A stretch of DNA of 64,000 nt. It comes from Hormiphora californensis (lineage: Eukaryota > Animalia > Ctenophora). Positions 38,912 to 52,498 of this stretch are shown here, in pieces (position 1 is the stretch's first letter; every line of letters begins with the position of its first letter). The translations under genes and the position numbers were made by a program. Below the pieces are notes generated by a model, which saw only the letters and a program-made list of their open reading frames with translations, had not been told where the DNA came from and ran no database searches. Location of the stretch: NCBI GenBank assembly GCA_020137815.1, contig CM035356.1, positions 3,286,001-3,350,000 of the forward strand. Reading direction: 5' to 3'.

Positions 38912-40357
38912 ATGATCCAGATTGTACTGACCAATGAGTTATGTCGCATCGAACCAACCTCATCATCAAACCTTAAAGAAGTTTCCATTATACTCGAGGT
39001 ATATCAGACTATGTAGATTCTACACGTAACCATGGTAATGTATCCATGGTAACGGTCTTAGTAGGATGTTCATTTGTGGTGGTGGTGGTTAGCAGGGTGT
39101 GGGATATGTGGCTGAATGGTAGTTTCATATAGGGTCGGTGATGGTTGGTAGTATCTCAGACCTCAGTTTAAATACTCCATGATACCAACACCCCCCCCCC
39201 CCCTATCAGGAGGAAGATATTTGGGAACACCTTCGTCTGGGTGAGCGGTACACCCCCTCCGATGTCCACCTCTCCCGGATCCATCCCAGGGAACTGGACT
39301 ACCTCCGATCTAGATCTCTGGAGCTGTATAATGAGAAGAATACCGGTGTCACAGCTACACTACCAAAAGGTGAGAGAGATATGGTTGTGATATACACAGG
39401 ACTTGTTCACGTTCCACCAACAGTGCTCATATCAATCGGGATCCGGGAGTAACTTAAAGAGAAACAAGTTAGTTTCATTTTGTTGTAATGACCATGTTTC
39501 TCTTTATGGTTGTAATATTATAGCAGTAGTTTGGCCCCTCCATAGAGCTCCATGTTAGGAGAGGGGCACGTCTTGCCCAATCCAGTAGTCCCTATTATGG
39601 TAATACTATAGTTTTGGTTAAAATCGTACTATGGGAGTACGATTTTAACCAAAAAGTTAGCGAGTGACTCCGTAAGCTGTATAACCGTTTCTTGCTGCTC
39701 CTTCCTTCTAGAGTTTGTTCTCTCAACTCTACTATTCGAGTGCTATAACAAGCGATACAAAATGAGACTAATATTATTTATACCAAAGCTCACTTGTTAG
39801 CAAAAACTTTCTTGTATCTAGTTATAGCCATCATATTATCTCTTCTACTAAAAATCTGCAGTTTTCTTTCTGCAACGCACAGATGCACAGATCACACGTA
39901 CAACTCAAGCACGCCACACAATAAGCAGATTGTTGCGTAAAAGTGCTAGGAGCTTGATATTGCGTCACGATATCTTTCTCTTTTCAAAATATTGTATTTG
40001 TGTTTTTACGATCGTACACACGATTCAAGAAGGTACTTGTTTCTTGAGAGTGCTCCTCAGACATGAATCGCTCGCTATCATGGGCCTAATTGAAACGAAG
40101 CGTTGCTTCTAGTGCATGGCTTCACTCCAGATACACTTTCTCTCTCTCATTTTTCTTTTTCTAGCTTAAATAGCAGTGACTCAAGTACCTCCTCTTTATC
40201 TCATTCTGTCCTGGAACAGCTGCCTATATCTGCCTATATCGCAATTATATCTACCTATATATTATATTCCTTTCTCTCTCTTGTAATTTGCTTATAGATA
40301 GCCAAATTTGACGCTCCCTGGGTTATTTCGATTAGTTATATCTCGTCGGGAAAGTTA

Positions 40358-40400
<43 letters not shown>

Positions 40401-43400
40401 ACTTATGGCCAAAAATACCCTATGCTGGTAGCCAAAAATACTCAGCAATACAACATAACCTGAATACTGGGCTGCACTGTGTTGTTGTTGGCTGCAACCT
40501 AGCGGTGTCGTTGCTGCGTACGCCAAAAAATATAAATCAGATTCTGAGTTGTATGATTCACTCCAAATTATTGTAAGCTGTAGTTCTATAGTTTTTGCAC
40601 TATCTCATCAAGATGACCTATTTTAGGAACGAGGGGGTGCAGTAGAACTTTGTTGCTAACAGCTTGAACTTTTGATTTCATAGTTGTTCCTCTCTCTCAC
40701 TCTGTCTCTCTCACTTCCTCTCTCACTCTGTCTCTCTCACTTCCCCTCTCTCTCTCTCTCCTCTCTCTCTCTCACTCTCTCTCTCTCTCTCAATTCCTCT
40801 CTTCAAGATTGCTGCGATCCTTTGTTCATTTCTCCGCGATTGTTCATTTCTACAATCTCTCAGTTTCTACATTTCCTTGTTTGTTACAGCAACAACAACA
40901 ACATGTTCGATTATGAAGCCCTTCTCAGACATTTTAGTCTCAATAATGGTAGGTGGCATTCAGTAGCTTAGCTAATGGTAGGTTGCTTACAGCTAATTTT
41001 TATGTGTACACTGCATATATTACTAAGGTTACATCGGTTATCAATTGATAACCTTGGTAACCGGTGTAACCTTAAGGTTACACCGGTTACCAAGGTTACA
41101 CCGGTTACCAAGGTTACAAGGTTACGAGGTTTCCCCTATTCTCCATTGGTACTTGGTAGTTTCTAGCCGATAGAAACCATTACCAATACGTTATTATTAT
41201 TTGTTTCGTTACATTTTCTTCTGACCCCCTCTTCTAACCCCCTCTTTCTCCCCCTGCAGACCCAGGCCGGAAGTCTAAGAGGAACAACTCAATTAGGAGA
41301 AAAACTGAGAAGGAAAAACACAGTAAGTTAACTAATTGTTAACCAATATAGACTGCATATTCTTCGTAGAGACTAGAGGAGGCTTTATGCATGGAGCGTA
41401 GTTGATATAGCACATAGCTTACAACACAAGCATAGCATACATTACCACTTCCTGGTCGTTACTAGCATTCCTTTCTGTCAGCTATTCTCTCCCCTCTTGC
41501 TAGAAAACCCCAGAAGATTCCCTATTTTCCCGCTTAGTTTTAGATTCTTTCAAGTATTGGATGACGTCATTATCATACCTTAACTAACTTACTAAGTGAG
41601 AGGTACGGGTATACACCTAGTCCTAAATGGCCCCGTATAACCAAATTGCCTTCCCTCTGACTAACCATATAACCTAAATTGCCCCAGTCTACCTATGACT
41701 AACCTCCACCTCCACCTCAGAGTTACTAGGCAGGGTGGTATATTCCAAGTCCCTCTCCACGTTAGTCCTTACACATAGATGCCATTAATGGGAGTGGAGC
41801 TGACACTGTTATCAAGTGTATCCGGGACAAAAAGCGGAAGAATAAGACAGAGATCCCCATTGTGAGCAGTATACACTCCCAGGCTGATCAAAAGATTTGG
41901 ATCTCTAAAAGGTAATATTCGGACAGTGAGGGTTGCACACTACTACAGTGGAATATGCATATATATATGTCTAAATATAGCCCCATGCGAGAGGGGGACA
42001 ACATTGTAGTACTTGATTTGTTGTTTTCGGTTCTAATATATCATCTCATAGTGGACTATGTCTAGATATATTTCTGTAAGGAGGACATACATATTTCCAT
42101 ACCATATGGTACTTGATTTCAAGATGCTTGTAGTTTTCAGTTCTAAATATCATCGCCAACTCTCCTCAGCCCGATCGATAAGCCCGATTAACTTGGCCCC
42201 TAACTATGGATACCAATACGCTACAACGGATCACCTGAAAGTCCCCTCTGAGAGCCATCTTGGTGAGTTTTGTAATGGTAATTTGCAGATCAATTTACAG
42301 CTCAACCCAATGGTAATTTTCACTGTAAATGCCCATGGTCTCTTCTTATTCTCAAACTCCTAATATATCCCTCCCCTCTTCCCCTAGCAGTATCCCGGTC
42401 CCTATCGACCCCAGCGACACCCCTCGACTCAAGGAAGCTCCGGCCTGTTAGCTCGACATCTGAAATCGACAATGCCACAACACCCTTCTTTTCATTTCAT
42501 GAGCTATCCAACAAGTTGCAGCAGAGAGGTAATTTGGAGTTTTCAAACTTTTGGAGTTTCCAAACTTTTGGAGTTTTTTTTCGAGTGTATATTCAGTGTC
42601 ATTCAACCATTATACGTTTGTTCATATTCTAACCATCTAACCATCATTTAGGTACAAGCAGTGGCAGTAGTGGCAGTGTTAATAGCGAACAGGGTAGTGG
42701 TGGATCAGAAGGGACTATGGAGGTACCAAGAGTCATCCAGAACTGCTGCCAGTTCATTCTTCAACACGGTATGTACTCATTCATTCTCTCTCTCATTTCA
42801 ATCTTCGTTTATCACTTTGCAAGCATAAACAAAATTAGAGCAAAAACATTGTTATGTTCTAACCCTCCCTTTACATTTGTCATTCGCGTGCAGATACCAT
42901 GATACAGCCCAGAGACATGTATGAATGACCACAAATTTGTGTCCCCCCTCATGTTGTCTCGGGGTTGGCTCATGTTCTGTGTGTTTTCAGGCCATGATTT
43001 TGGACATTTGTCTTTTCAAATCATCACACCGTCTTAAGAGCTCCAGAATGAAATGAATTGGTCACGGGCCGGGGTCCTTTCATCTCCATCTTATCATCAT
43101 TCTGTAGCATGTTTCACTGCCACTCCCAATATCTCAAGCTCATTAAATTTACCATTACATTTACCACGTTTTCAATATGAGCAGGAAGGAATACTCCCCT
43201 TCTCACTCCCCCTAACCCCCTCTCCCTAGCCCTCTCCCCTTCTCTCTCCCCATCATAACCCCCTCTCCCCCTTCTCACTCCCCCTAAATACCCCCCCCTC
43301 TCCTCCTCTTCTACCAACGTCCAACATCATAACCCCCTGATCTCCCCCACACAGGTCTGGACCAGGAGGGAATATTCCGGAAGTGTGGCTCAATCAGGGA

Positions 43401-44618
43401 AGTCCGGACACTCCGGGCAGAGTTCAATACCACGAGTAACATGATAGTACGACCTGATACCAGTATACACGTAGTGGCAGGTCTAGTGAAGGAATTCCTG
43501 AAGGAACTACCGGAGGCACTGTTAACCCGCGCTCTCTATTACCCCTTCCTGCATTGCACAAGTGAGTTTTAGCAGGAACCGACCGAATCAGTAAATACTG
43601 GTCCCTGATTGGCTGATAACTAGTCACGTGACCTAAATAACGAGTTCTGCTGTTAATGAATGGGACTTTGGGTATGTTAGAGCTGGTAATATTTATGAAT
43701 GGTCGGTAAATTAGAGTGCTACCTCGGTGGGCAAGAGAGCTGAGAGAGGGTTCAATAGTAAGAGATATAATGGCCTGCACCTGGTGCCCACAGTGTACCA
43801 CATGGAGGAATGGAGAGGGAGAAAGAGGGGAGAGAGTTCATCATATACTCCCTAATTGCGACACAACACACGAAATGAGCCCTCACTTATCTCAGATAGC
43901 TTCGTTACCGAGCTATCATATTGTATAGCAAAGTTTTTAACAAAAGAGAATTCCTAGTCGGAGCTCTCCCCATCAGAAATATCCGCAGAGAAACCTGTTT
44001 TCACCAGGAGAATCGCTGCGCTAATGCAGGTGATTCACCAGGTGAAAACTGCTTTTTCAGCTGGTGAATTCAGAAACTAACCCCACCCTTTCTAGAGCTA
44101 GAAGATCTGGACACAAGACTGGAGGGATACAGAGAGCTCATCAGACTACTTCCTGCCGCTAACAGAGACACACTCCAGTACCTTCTTCAGTTCTTCAAAA
44201 TTGTCTCAGAGCACTCCCAGGATTCATCGGACGCAGATGGACTACCGGTCAGTAGATTTGTTTATCAGATTGTATGTGAATGTCTGTCGGACGCAGATGG
44301 ACTACCGGTCAGTAGATTTGTCTGTCTGTTTGTTTGTCAGTAGATTTGCCTCTGTCAGTCAGTCTGTTTGTCCGTCAGTAGATATGTCTGTCAGTTTTTT
44401 CAGTTTGTTTGTCTGCCAGATATACTACCGGTCAGTAGATTTGTCTGTCTGTTTGTTTGTTCGTCAGTAGGAATTATTTCTCAGAAAACTCTGTCGCTAC
44501 AATCACACAATTCCGTTTTTAGTAGTTCATGTGTGTGTTTTTACAGTGCTTCCTTTCGGCGTGAAATGGGTTGGGAGTCGCGCCTGGTTTTATTTTTGAA
44601 ACTGTTTAACAGGCGGGG

Positions 44619-44693
<75 letters not shown>

Positions 44694-47600
44694 CAGCTGT
44701 TTGGAAGATATTTTGGTTGTGGTGTTTGAATCGAATTACTCCAGCATGTATTCAGCCCGACTGGAGCCTACCTCCCATCTAATATCTCCACCACCCTAGT
44801 TATAGCTCCCCCTCCCACGAGTAGCAACATAATACATACCCCTTCACCCTGGTGTATCATTCGGACACTTGTCGAACACCCAACTGTCCCCAGCAATGTC
44901 ATATACTAGAGGTGTCACTAATTTGAATTGAAATCAGTGAGCTGTTTCACTGTTTCACTATCAAATGGGATCAAACTATGACATTATGTTACACAATTGG
45001 AATAACAATTGGAATCAAACAGGCCATGTGTAGTACGTGGTGTTTGACAAACAGGCCATATACTGTACGTGTGTTTTTAGTTTCCTGTTTAGTCATCTTC
45101 CTATCTATATCCATCCAGTTATATCACACACATGGCTGTCACACATCATGACATCACAGTGTCACACACATTCGGTCATCTTTTTGGCCCCTGCAGCCAT
45201 GTTGCAATGTAATTGAAGCAGTCACTATGTTCATCGTCCCTTCTCCCTCCCCAGTCACTAATACCATCTCCCTCCTATCTCCCTAGCCACTAACCTCTTT
45301 CTCCCCTCCCTCTGATCCCCAGCCACTAACCCCTCTCTCTCTCCTCAGTCACTAATACCATCTCCTTCCTGCAGATTGAAGGAAACAAGATGAATACTAG
45401 GAACCTAGCGACTGTGATAGGACCGAACATACTTCACAGGAGAAAGAGGGCCGGGGCAAGTGAGAGCAAGAGTAACCTCGCTAATGAGGCGTGGGAGGCT
45501 CCCCAGGCCATTGAAGTGGTGGAGGAACTGATCCTACATAATGATGATCTTTTTATGGTAGGTTATAACTACAACTGGTATAGTAACTACATACAACTCT
45601 TCTGCACTTGTTGGGCTAGGTTTAAAAATAGTTACTAAATTTTAGTAACTTCCTGATAATTAGGGTAAAAGGTTGGCTTATCGCGACACACCAATATCAT
45701 CACTATATTTCACATTGGCAGGTTGACAGTGATGTGCGGAAGGAGGTTTTGAAGATGATGCACAGCCTGAAACAGGACCACTTTGACAGCGTCCTCAACG
45801 AGTACAGTGGAATTGAGGATACCGATAAGGTGAGCAATAAAGTTCAGTGTTCAGATTTTCACCAGTCAACAACAATATCTGATCCAACATGTTACAGTAT
45901 ACCGACAAATGAAAATGATTACACTCCCCCTCAGGATCTGTCCTCCAAAAACACTGACCAACAACAACACGACTACTACTACGACATGATACACAAATAC
46001 AATGGTTGCCATAGTGACGACAATGATGACGTATTCAGTGCTCCTTCACAAACACATCCACCACCACCACGGCGACTATCCCACCAATACTTACTTGTAC
46101 TACCGACACCAGACACGATCTAACAGACAACAACACAGTAGTCTCGATCTGAGCAGGGGTCAATGTCCGGGCTAGTCCGTTCAGTAGTCTTGATCCTCAA
46201 TAGAACAACTAACTATTCTATGGGAAGGTCTAGTCCAGTTCAATAGTACGGGAAGGTCTAGTCCGTTAAATTATAGTAGCCACGGCTGCTACAGCTAGTA
46301 CCTCCTACAGCAGTTTACCCAGAGGCAGCCCTTTTGGGAGTCTAAGTAAAGGAAGCAGTTTGTATAGCGGAACTACTACTACCTCTAGCCCGTGCAACTC
46401 CTTACCAAGACGGGATAATAACCAAATAAAATTGGATCTGTCTGGAATTGTGAACATCGGATCCTCCTCCCCTCTACTCCTATAACACCTGTACTGTCAC
46501 CCGCAATGACACCTGTATCACCAACTACAGTGACAGAAGGGACAATAACATGTGGAACAACCAGATCAAATAAATCACGTACAAAAGACCTCATCTCACG
46601 TGTAACACGGACAATCCGAACATCCAAGTTCAGATCATCGAATCTCAAGAAGGGACGAGCTGTATCAGCTATATCATTGAGATTCGTAGAGGGGAGCCAG
46701 ACTGTAACGACCCGAGCACGTGCTGCACTCACCCGGTCTGTTAGCAGTTTAGTGGTTAGGATGACTAGGAGTGAAACGGGTTGAATTGAAAGACAGATAG
46801 GAACTACATTCAGACAGAGATAGAGACAAAATAAAGACTTTTAGGCTTTTTTAATATTTTCATTGTTCAAATTGTTTTGTTTATCCCTAATTGTTCATAC
46901 TGGCACTGCAGCATGTACAGTATACACATGGATACACTATTTATATTGTAGGACGACTTAAAATAAACCAAGTCAAACAAAAACAAACGATAGATTCAGT
47001 GGGTGTAGTCGATGATTTATTTCTAGGTATTTGTGGTTATATTATGGCACGTGATGTTGGTGTAAAGTAATAAAAACAAACAAAAAGTTGAATGTTTCAT
47101 ACAAATGACGGCATGTTATTTTGTTTCTATGAAAAACTAAGTAAAAACTGACGAAAACTGCTGCTCTAGCCGCCCGACCTCTCAACATGTTGACCAATAA
47201 CAAGTACAACTATTCTCTCAAAAGACTGCCCTCTCCGACATTACAGTCATGTTATATGAGGTATAAACTCTTGCCAGTGGCGCGTTATTTCAGATACCTT
47301 TCTCCCAGCGCGCCGCTGGGAGAAGGTAGCTGTAGTTTATCCGCCACTGGCGGATAAACTGGTTTAAATCACGACGACGATCCCGAGGCGTAGCCGAGGG
47401 AGAGGCGGAGGGGTTTAAACCTATAACGCGTCTGTGGCAAGAGTTTATAGGTTATATACCCTGCTTTAGTTGTTTGTTACAAGTATTACACACTAACAAG
47501 AGAGAGAACACTAATCAAAACACACAAAGAGAACTGAGAAACAGTCAAAAACATCTCTCAATTGAGTGTACATTGTTTGGTAACAGTTACTAAGGAGAGA

Positions 47601-49190
47601 GAGAAAGAAATAACAAGATATGGGGCATGCCAGACATAACACAGAGGAATTGAGATAGTGAAACAAAAGGGAAGATAAAGAGAGAGTAATTGGCGGAATG
47701 TGTTGTTTCTTTCTCTCCAATTTAGTGTGTAACTCTTCCAAACAGTGTTCCCTCTGTATTTCAGTAAGAACTGATCATTTACACACACTTTGAATGTAAC
47801 ATAGGAGTTAAAAATAAATAACCTGCCAGTGGGAAATAATCTGCCGCTGGACTGGCTGGTTATCGAGAGCGCGCTAGTGGGACTGGCGCATTATTTAAGT
47901 TAGCAGGGTATATAGTATGACAACTATTCCCTAATATAATTTGATCCGAGAATAAGGATCGGTTGATTGTTTATTAGCCGCATATCAGTGAGGAAGTTTT
48001 GTTTTCTCCTTCCGGCTGGACAAATGAGTAGACGTGGATTTTATTGTAGAATAACGCATAATAATAATAGCGTTATTCTACAATAAAATCCACGTCTACT
48101 CATTTGTCCAGCCGGAAGGAGAAAACAAAACTTCCTCAATAATTTGATCCCTTATATTATCCCTAATATGATCCCTAATATCTCAGAGAAAGCACGCTGG
48201 TAGCTCCTTTACCAACAGTGAAGAGTCCCTGCAACAGCACTCCGGGTACGGATCTAGAAATGATGTGGACGGGGTTCTACACTCACCCGTCGGAGGAGAG
48301 TTCTACCGAGTAGGATCACTGGTATGTTGCTCCTTAGAAAGCTTTAAAAACTAAGGCCGAAACTGTCAGGCCAATGCTCTGACCACAGTTTTCGCGAGCT
48401 CCTATTTGAAAGAAATGAGAATAAGGTCAGGCCAATGCTCTGACAGGGCCGAAAGGTTTTTGTAGTTGAAGCTTCCACTCATTGCGATTCCCCCACAGGG
48501 TGAGAGTTCTCTGTTCGCTAGTGATAGTTCTGGCGATTGGCACTCCCAGGAGAATGGCAGTTACGATCTTACCCCTCCTTGTGAGTTGAAACTGTAAAAA
48601 ACTGTGAAACTGTTGAAACTGTAAAAAACTGTAAAACTTTGTTGAGTAAGGAGTGACAACAAGTGAAACTAGGGATGAGCCCTTTCAGTCTGATTTATAA
48701 TAGACATCAATATCGATTATAAACGAGGCTGAAATGGTCAATTGACCGTACCTAACTGATGATATCTCTCTATCTCCCTCTCTTGTTTTGAAACCGTTTC
48801 TTTCCCCTCCAGCATCTCCAGGTCTTGAGGGACCCCGTGGGGGAAGGTTCCAGCAGAAACCCAAGAGGAGACAACTCACTGGGTATGGCACACAGATGTC
48901 AGCTGCAGAAACTTACTCTCACTTCCGACTGGTAGGTTATACAGAGAATGCCCAGGGTTGTAGATTCGTCTTTAAAGTTTTCAAAAGCTTACATTTCTAA
49001 CATCTCTAACATCTCTAACATCTCTAAAATCTCTAACCTCTCTTACATCTCTAACCACTAATATTATCTCTAACCTCCTACATCTCTAACATCTCAGGAC
49101 CGCACTGAACAACAGTTAATGAGTCCGAAAGTTGTGGAGAGCAGAAGACACGCGATGAAGAAGAGTAGGAGACGACAAACTGACGTTTAA
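38912..49190 (+). CDS. Rho GTPase-activating protein, ARHGAP6/36-like. Exons include 38912-38998 (tentative), 39210-39369, 41260-41322, small exons ~41.72-42.53 kb (boundaries uncertain), 42652-42768, 43355-43561, 44096-44247, 45375-45557, 45722-45829, 48186-48321, ~48500-48580, ~48813-48931, ~49098-49190
   Basis: The spliced RhoGAP domain reads EVPRVIQNCCQFILQHGLDQEGIFRKCGS...VAGLVKEFLKELPEALLT...LLPAANRDTLQYLLQF...DADGLPIEGNKMNTRNLATVIGPNILH...LFMV. The arginine finger (GIFR) is intact. The insert before GNKM, the IFQVPL motif and the upstream TLPKD...SIRRK segment match ARHGAP6 as I recall it. The true 5' end is uncertain. Confidence 0.85.
43573..43649. mobile_element. Right-truncated copy of the 109-bp hAT-like MITE, 11 nt inside a RhoGAP intron
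   Basis: caggaaccgaccgaatcagtaaatactggtccctgattggctgataactagtcacgtgacctaaataacgagttctg. Confidence 0.85.
47254..47913. mobile_element. Palindrome-rich MITE-like insertion(s) in a RhoGAP intron
   Basis: Nested inverted repeats: tataaactcttgcca/tggcaagagtttata, ttctcccagcg/cgctgggagaa, agtttatccgcca/tggcggataaact and tatataccctgct/agcagggtatata. Confidence 0.55.
47989..48138. repeat. Perfect 69-bp-arm hairpin with an (ata)4 loop, inside an insert flanked by the 12-bp direct repeat ataatttgatcc
   Basis: Arms at 47989-48057 and 48070-48138; direct repeats at 47936-47947 and 48139-48150. Confidence 0.93.
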
Positions 49191-49699
49191 ATAATTAATT
49201 TAGCTAATATTAGCTAGTTGATTAACTAGTTAATTTGCTAATTAGCTAGTTCATTTAACTAATTAGCTAGTTAATTTGCTAACTAACAGTAATTACATTT
49301 ACACCTGATTATTTCACCCCAATGAGAGAGATCCTAACCTCGAGTTGATCAAAAGACAATTTATTAAACCCTCCTTCCTCTCTCTCTCTTTATGATGACA
49401 TGACATTGTCATTGACAAAGTCTGAGATTCTGTTTTCCTAAATTATGGACAATTATAAAACTAACGGGTCAAATTGCAGCATTTTGACCTGCCTGTTTTT
49501 TCATGAGATTGAGATGAGCTGTTTTTTGATGGACAATTCGATTTGATAATTTTAAATTTAATGGGATTAGAGCTAAGGAGTAAACTTGAATAGTTCAAAC
49601 TTTTTGCCCAAGTTTTAATTGATTGTCTTCTGTGTATCAAGCAAAAGGAATGATCCATAATAATATGAATAACGATTCAATAATCGGTGCATTAAAAAA

Positions 49700-49932
49700 G
49701 ACCTTTGCGCTTGCCAGCGTAGTGATGTAACGCGCGGTAAAATATTTTCGTATGTGCGCGGCGTTAAGTTGCTTTTAAACACCGCGCGCTCAAAATAAAA
49801 TGAGAAAATGGAGATGAGAACTTTTTTACGCGCACATTTTTTAATTTTTTGGTCGTTTTCGTGTGTTTTTTTAAAGTTCGGGTCTCGGGACGCGGAAAAG
49901 AGAAACTGAAGGCTTCCTGGGCAAAACTTTAG
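49700..49932 (+). promoter_or_regulatory. Putative promoter of the XYLB/DTYMK/RFC2 cluster with CGCG/E2F-like motifs
   Basis: A local cluster of acgcgcgg, gtgcgcgg, ccgcgcgc, tttacgcgc and cgcggaaaa (49891) sits in AT-rich DNA between the RhoGAP stop and the XYLB ATG. Confidence 0.4.
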
Positions 49933-49940
49933 CCATTAAA

Positions 49941-52425
49941 ATGAGTACAGAAGGTCAATTGTTCCTGGGCTTTGATCTCAGTACTCAAAGTTTGAAATGT
50001 GTTGTCCTGGACGGGGCGTTATCCATCGCACACGAAGTATGTTTATCTCCTTTCCCCCTTTTCTGGCCGTCTTTCAGTATATAAACTATCCAATATGGCA
50101 GGAATCGGTTGTATACACTCGGGATTTACCCTCCTACCAAACTACTGATGGATTTCATAAGTCTGGAAACGTCGTTACGTCGCCCACTACCATGTGGATT
50201 GAGGCGCTCGATTTGCTGCTCGATCGACTTTCAAAAAGTGTGGCACTAAGCTCAGTAAGTTAATGTAATTGTCTTGTGTGTAGCACATGGCTTTAAAGCG
50301 TGGGATTTTTGTTGTCATTGAAGGTGCCGATGGGACAGGAAAATCAACGCAAGTTTTAAGACTGACGCAGAGGTTGATAGACGATGGATTTCCCTGTATT
50401 AGCATGAGGTAAGGTTTCATCATTTTCCTAGTAACTCTAAATTTGTTTAGGCTGATTCGTGCGACAAAGTTCACCCTAAATAAAACTCCCTAAATGAAAC
50501 TCCCTAAATGAAACTCCCTAAATAAAACTCCCCTAAATAAAACTCCCCTAAATAAAACTCCCTGAATAAGACTCCCTAAGTAAAACTCCCTAAATAAAAC
50601 TCCCTAAATAAAACTCCCTAAGTAAAACTCCCTAAATAAAACTCCCTAAATAAAACTCCCTTAATAAAAGTTCCTAAATAAACCCTTCTCCCAGGTTTCC
50701 AGATAGAAGCACACAGATAGGAGGAATGATTGATAGTTATCTAAAGTGCCAATCCGACATTAGCGATGAAAGTGTGCACCTTCTATTCTCTGCGAACAGG
50801 TGGGGGATTCAAATAATCAGTGTGTTTGTTGGGCAAAAATCTCAAATATATGTATATGGAAGGGAATTATTTATTCCAGCTGGACGATTTATCCCAGTCA
50901 AGACACATTATTCTCGCTCAGGTGGGAGTTGAAAAAGAAGCTACTAGACACACTGAACTCTGGAACCAGTGTAGTATGTGATAGGTATGCATTCTCTGGT
51001 GTTGCATATACCTCTGCTAAACAAGGATTCACCCTTCCATGGTGCATGAACCCTGATCGAGGTAAACAAACACGTTTCTATCTTGTGAAGTGACTTCCGT
51101 TCTAGTACTGTACAAGGGGGGGGGGGGCGCTATCTTGCTGCTATCTTACCCATCGTCTATCTTGATTCTTGTGCAGCTCCGGAACGAAAAAACTAAACAA
51201 TTCTTCGTTCATACAAAAAATATTTTGATTAACATTCCCTTGTTCGACCCTCTTTCTCTCTCTCTCCTCGCCCCGTGAATCCGAGTTAGTTAACTAAACA
51301 TCAAAAGGCTAAAATTTACTAACCTATTCCTCCGCAGGACTGCCACAACCAGATAGGGTTATCTACTTGACTGCCTCTGAAAAACTAGCCAAATCCAGAT
51401 CTGATTTTGGGACGGAGCGATATGAAAAAGCGGCCTTCCAAAAGCGTGTCTCAGAGCGGTTTGCGGAGATCTCTAAGAAGGACCCTAATTTAGATTGGGT
51501 TGAATATGAGGTGGAGAAGGACATTGAAGGTGTTACCGAGGATTTGAGGGGCTTGATAGACGTTCAGAATTTGTCACAGAGCGATATTGGACTGCTGTGG
51601 GATAAATGTTGATTTCAATTCGTGTGTTAATATTGAACAAATGTTGATTTGTTGATGCTTTGAATTAGTTAATGTTACATATAACTATTGTTTTAAGGAT
51701 CAATTAAATAATTGTGTTCTCTTATTACTCTCCCTCAATCCCCTACCTGACCTCATCCCTCTCTCCAGGTGATTGGTATTGGTGGATGTGCCCAGCAGCA
51801 TGGAACAGTCTACACCACCCACTCCTTCCTATCAACTCTATCCAACCTGGACGCCGCCCAACCCCTCCTACCTCAGTTGGGCAGTCTGTTTGCAGTGCCC
51901 AACTCTCCGATATGGATGGATGGAAGTACTGAGGAGCTTTGCAAGGTGATATATAATGGTGTACCAATGGTGTTGTGTGGCTCACACCGCATTTTTTCAC
52001 GCTACGTGACAGTCCCGTGTTCATGAACACGGTGAATTCACCAAACGACAATGCATTCGTTAAAATAGTAAGTAGTTTATCAACAGATGCCTATTATTTC
52101 AGGAGATGGAGATATCGGTGGGTGGAGCAGTCAAGTTAGCAGCTCTTACCGGCTCTAAGGCTCACTGTAGGTAATTGATTATAGCACTGGCAAATGTCCC
52201 GGGCCCTATGATTAATATTGTAATAAATAAAAATCTAGAATTCACCTCCAGGTTCTCAGGCCACCAAATCCACAAGGTGATCAAGGGTGGAATCTGGGAG
52301 AAATTAGAGAGGGTGATGTTAGTTAGCAACTTTCTATGTTCTCTCTTTACTGGTATCTACTCCTTCCCCGAACTCAGCGATGCTAGTGGTAAGAAGGCCC
52401 TACTTTTAGTTTTCTCTTTCACACA

Positions 52426-52498
<73 letters not shown>

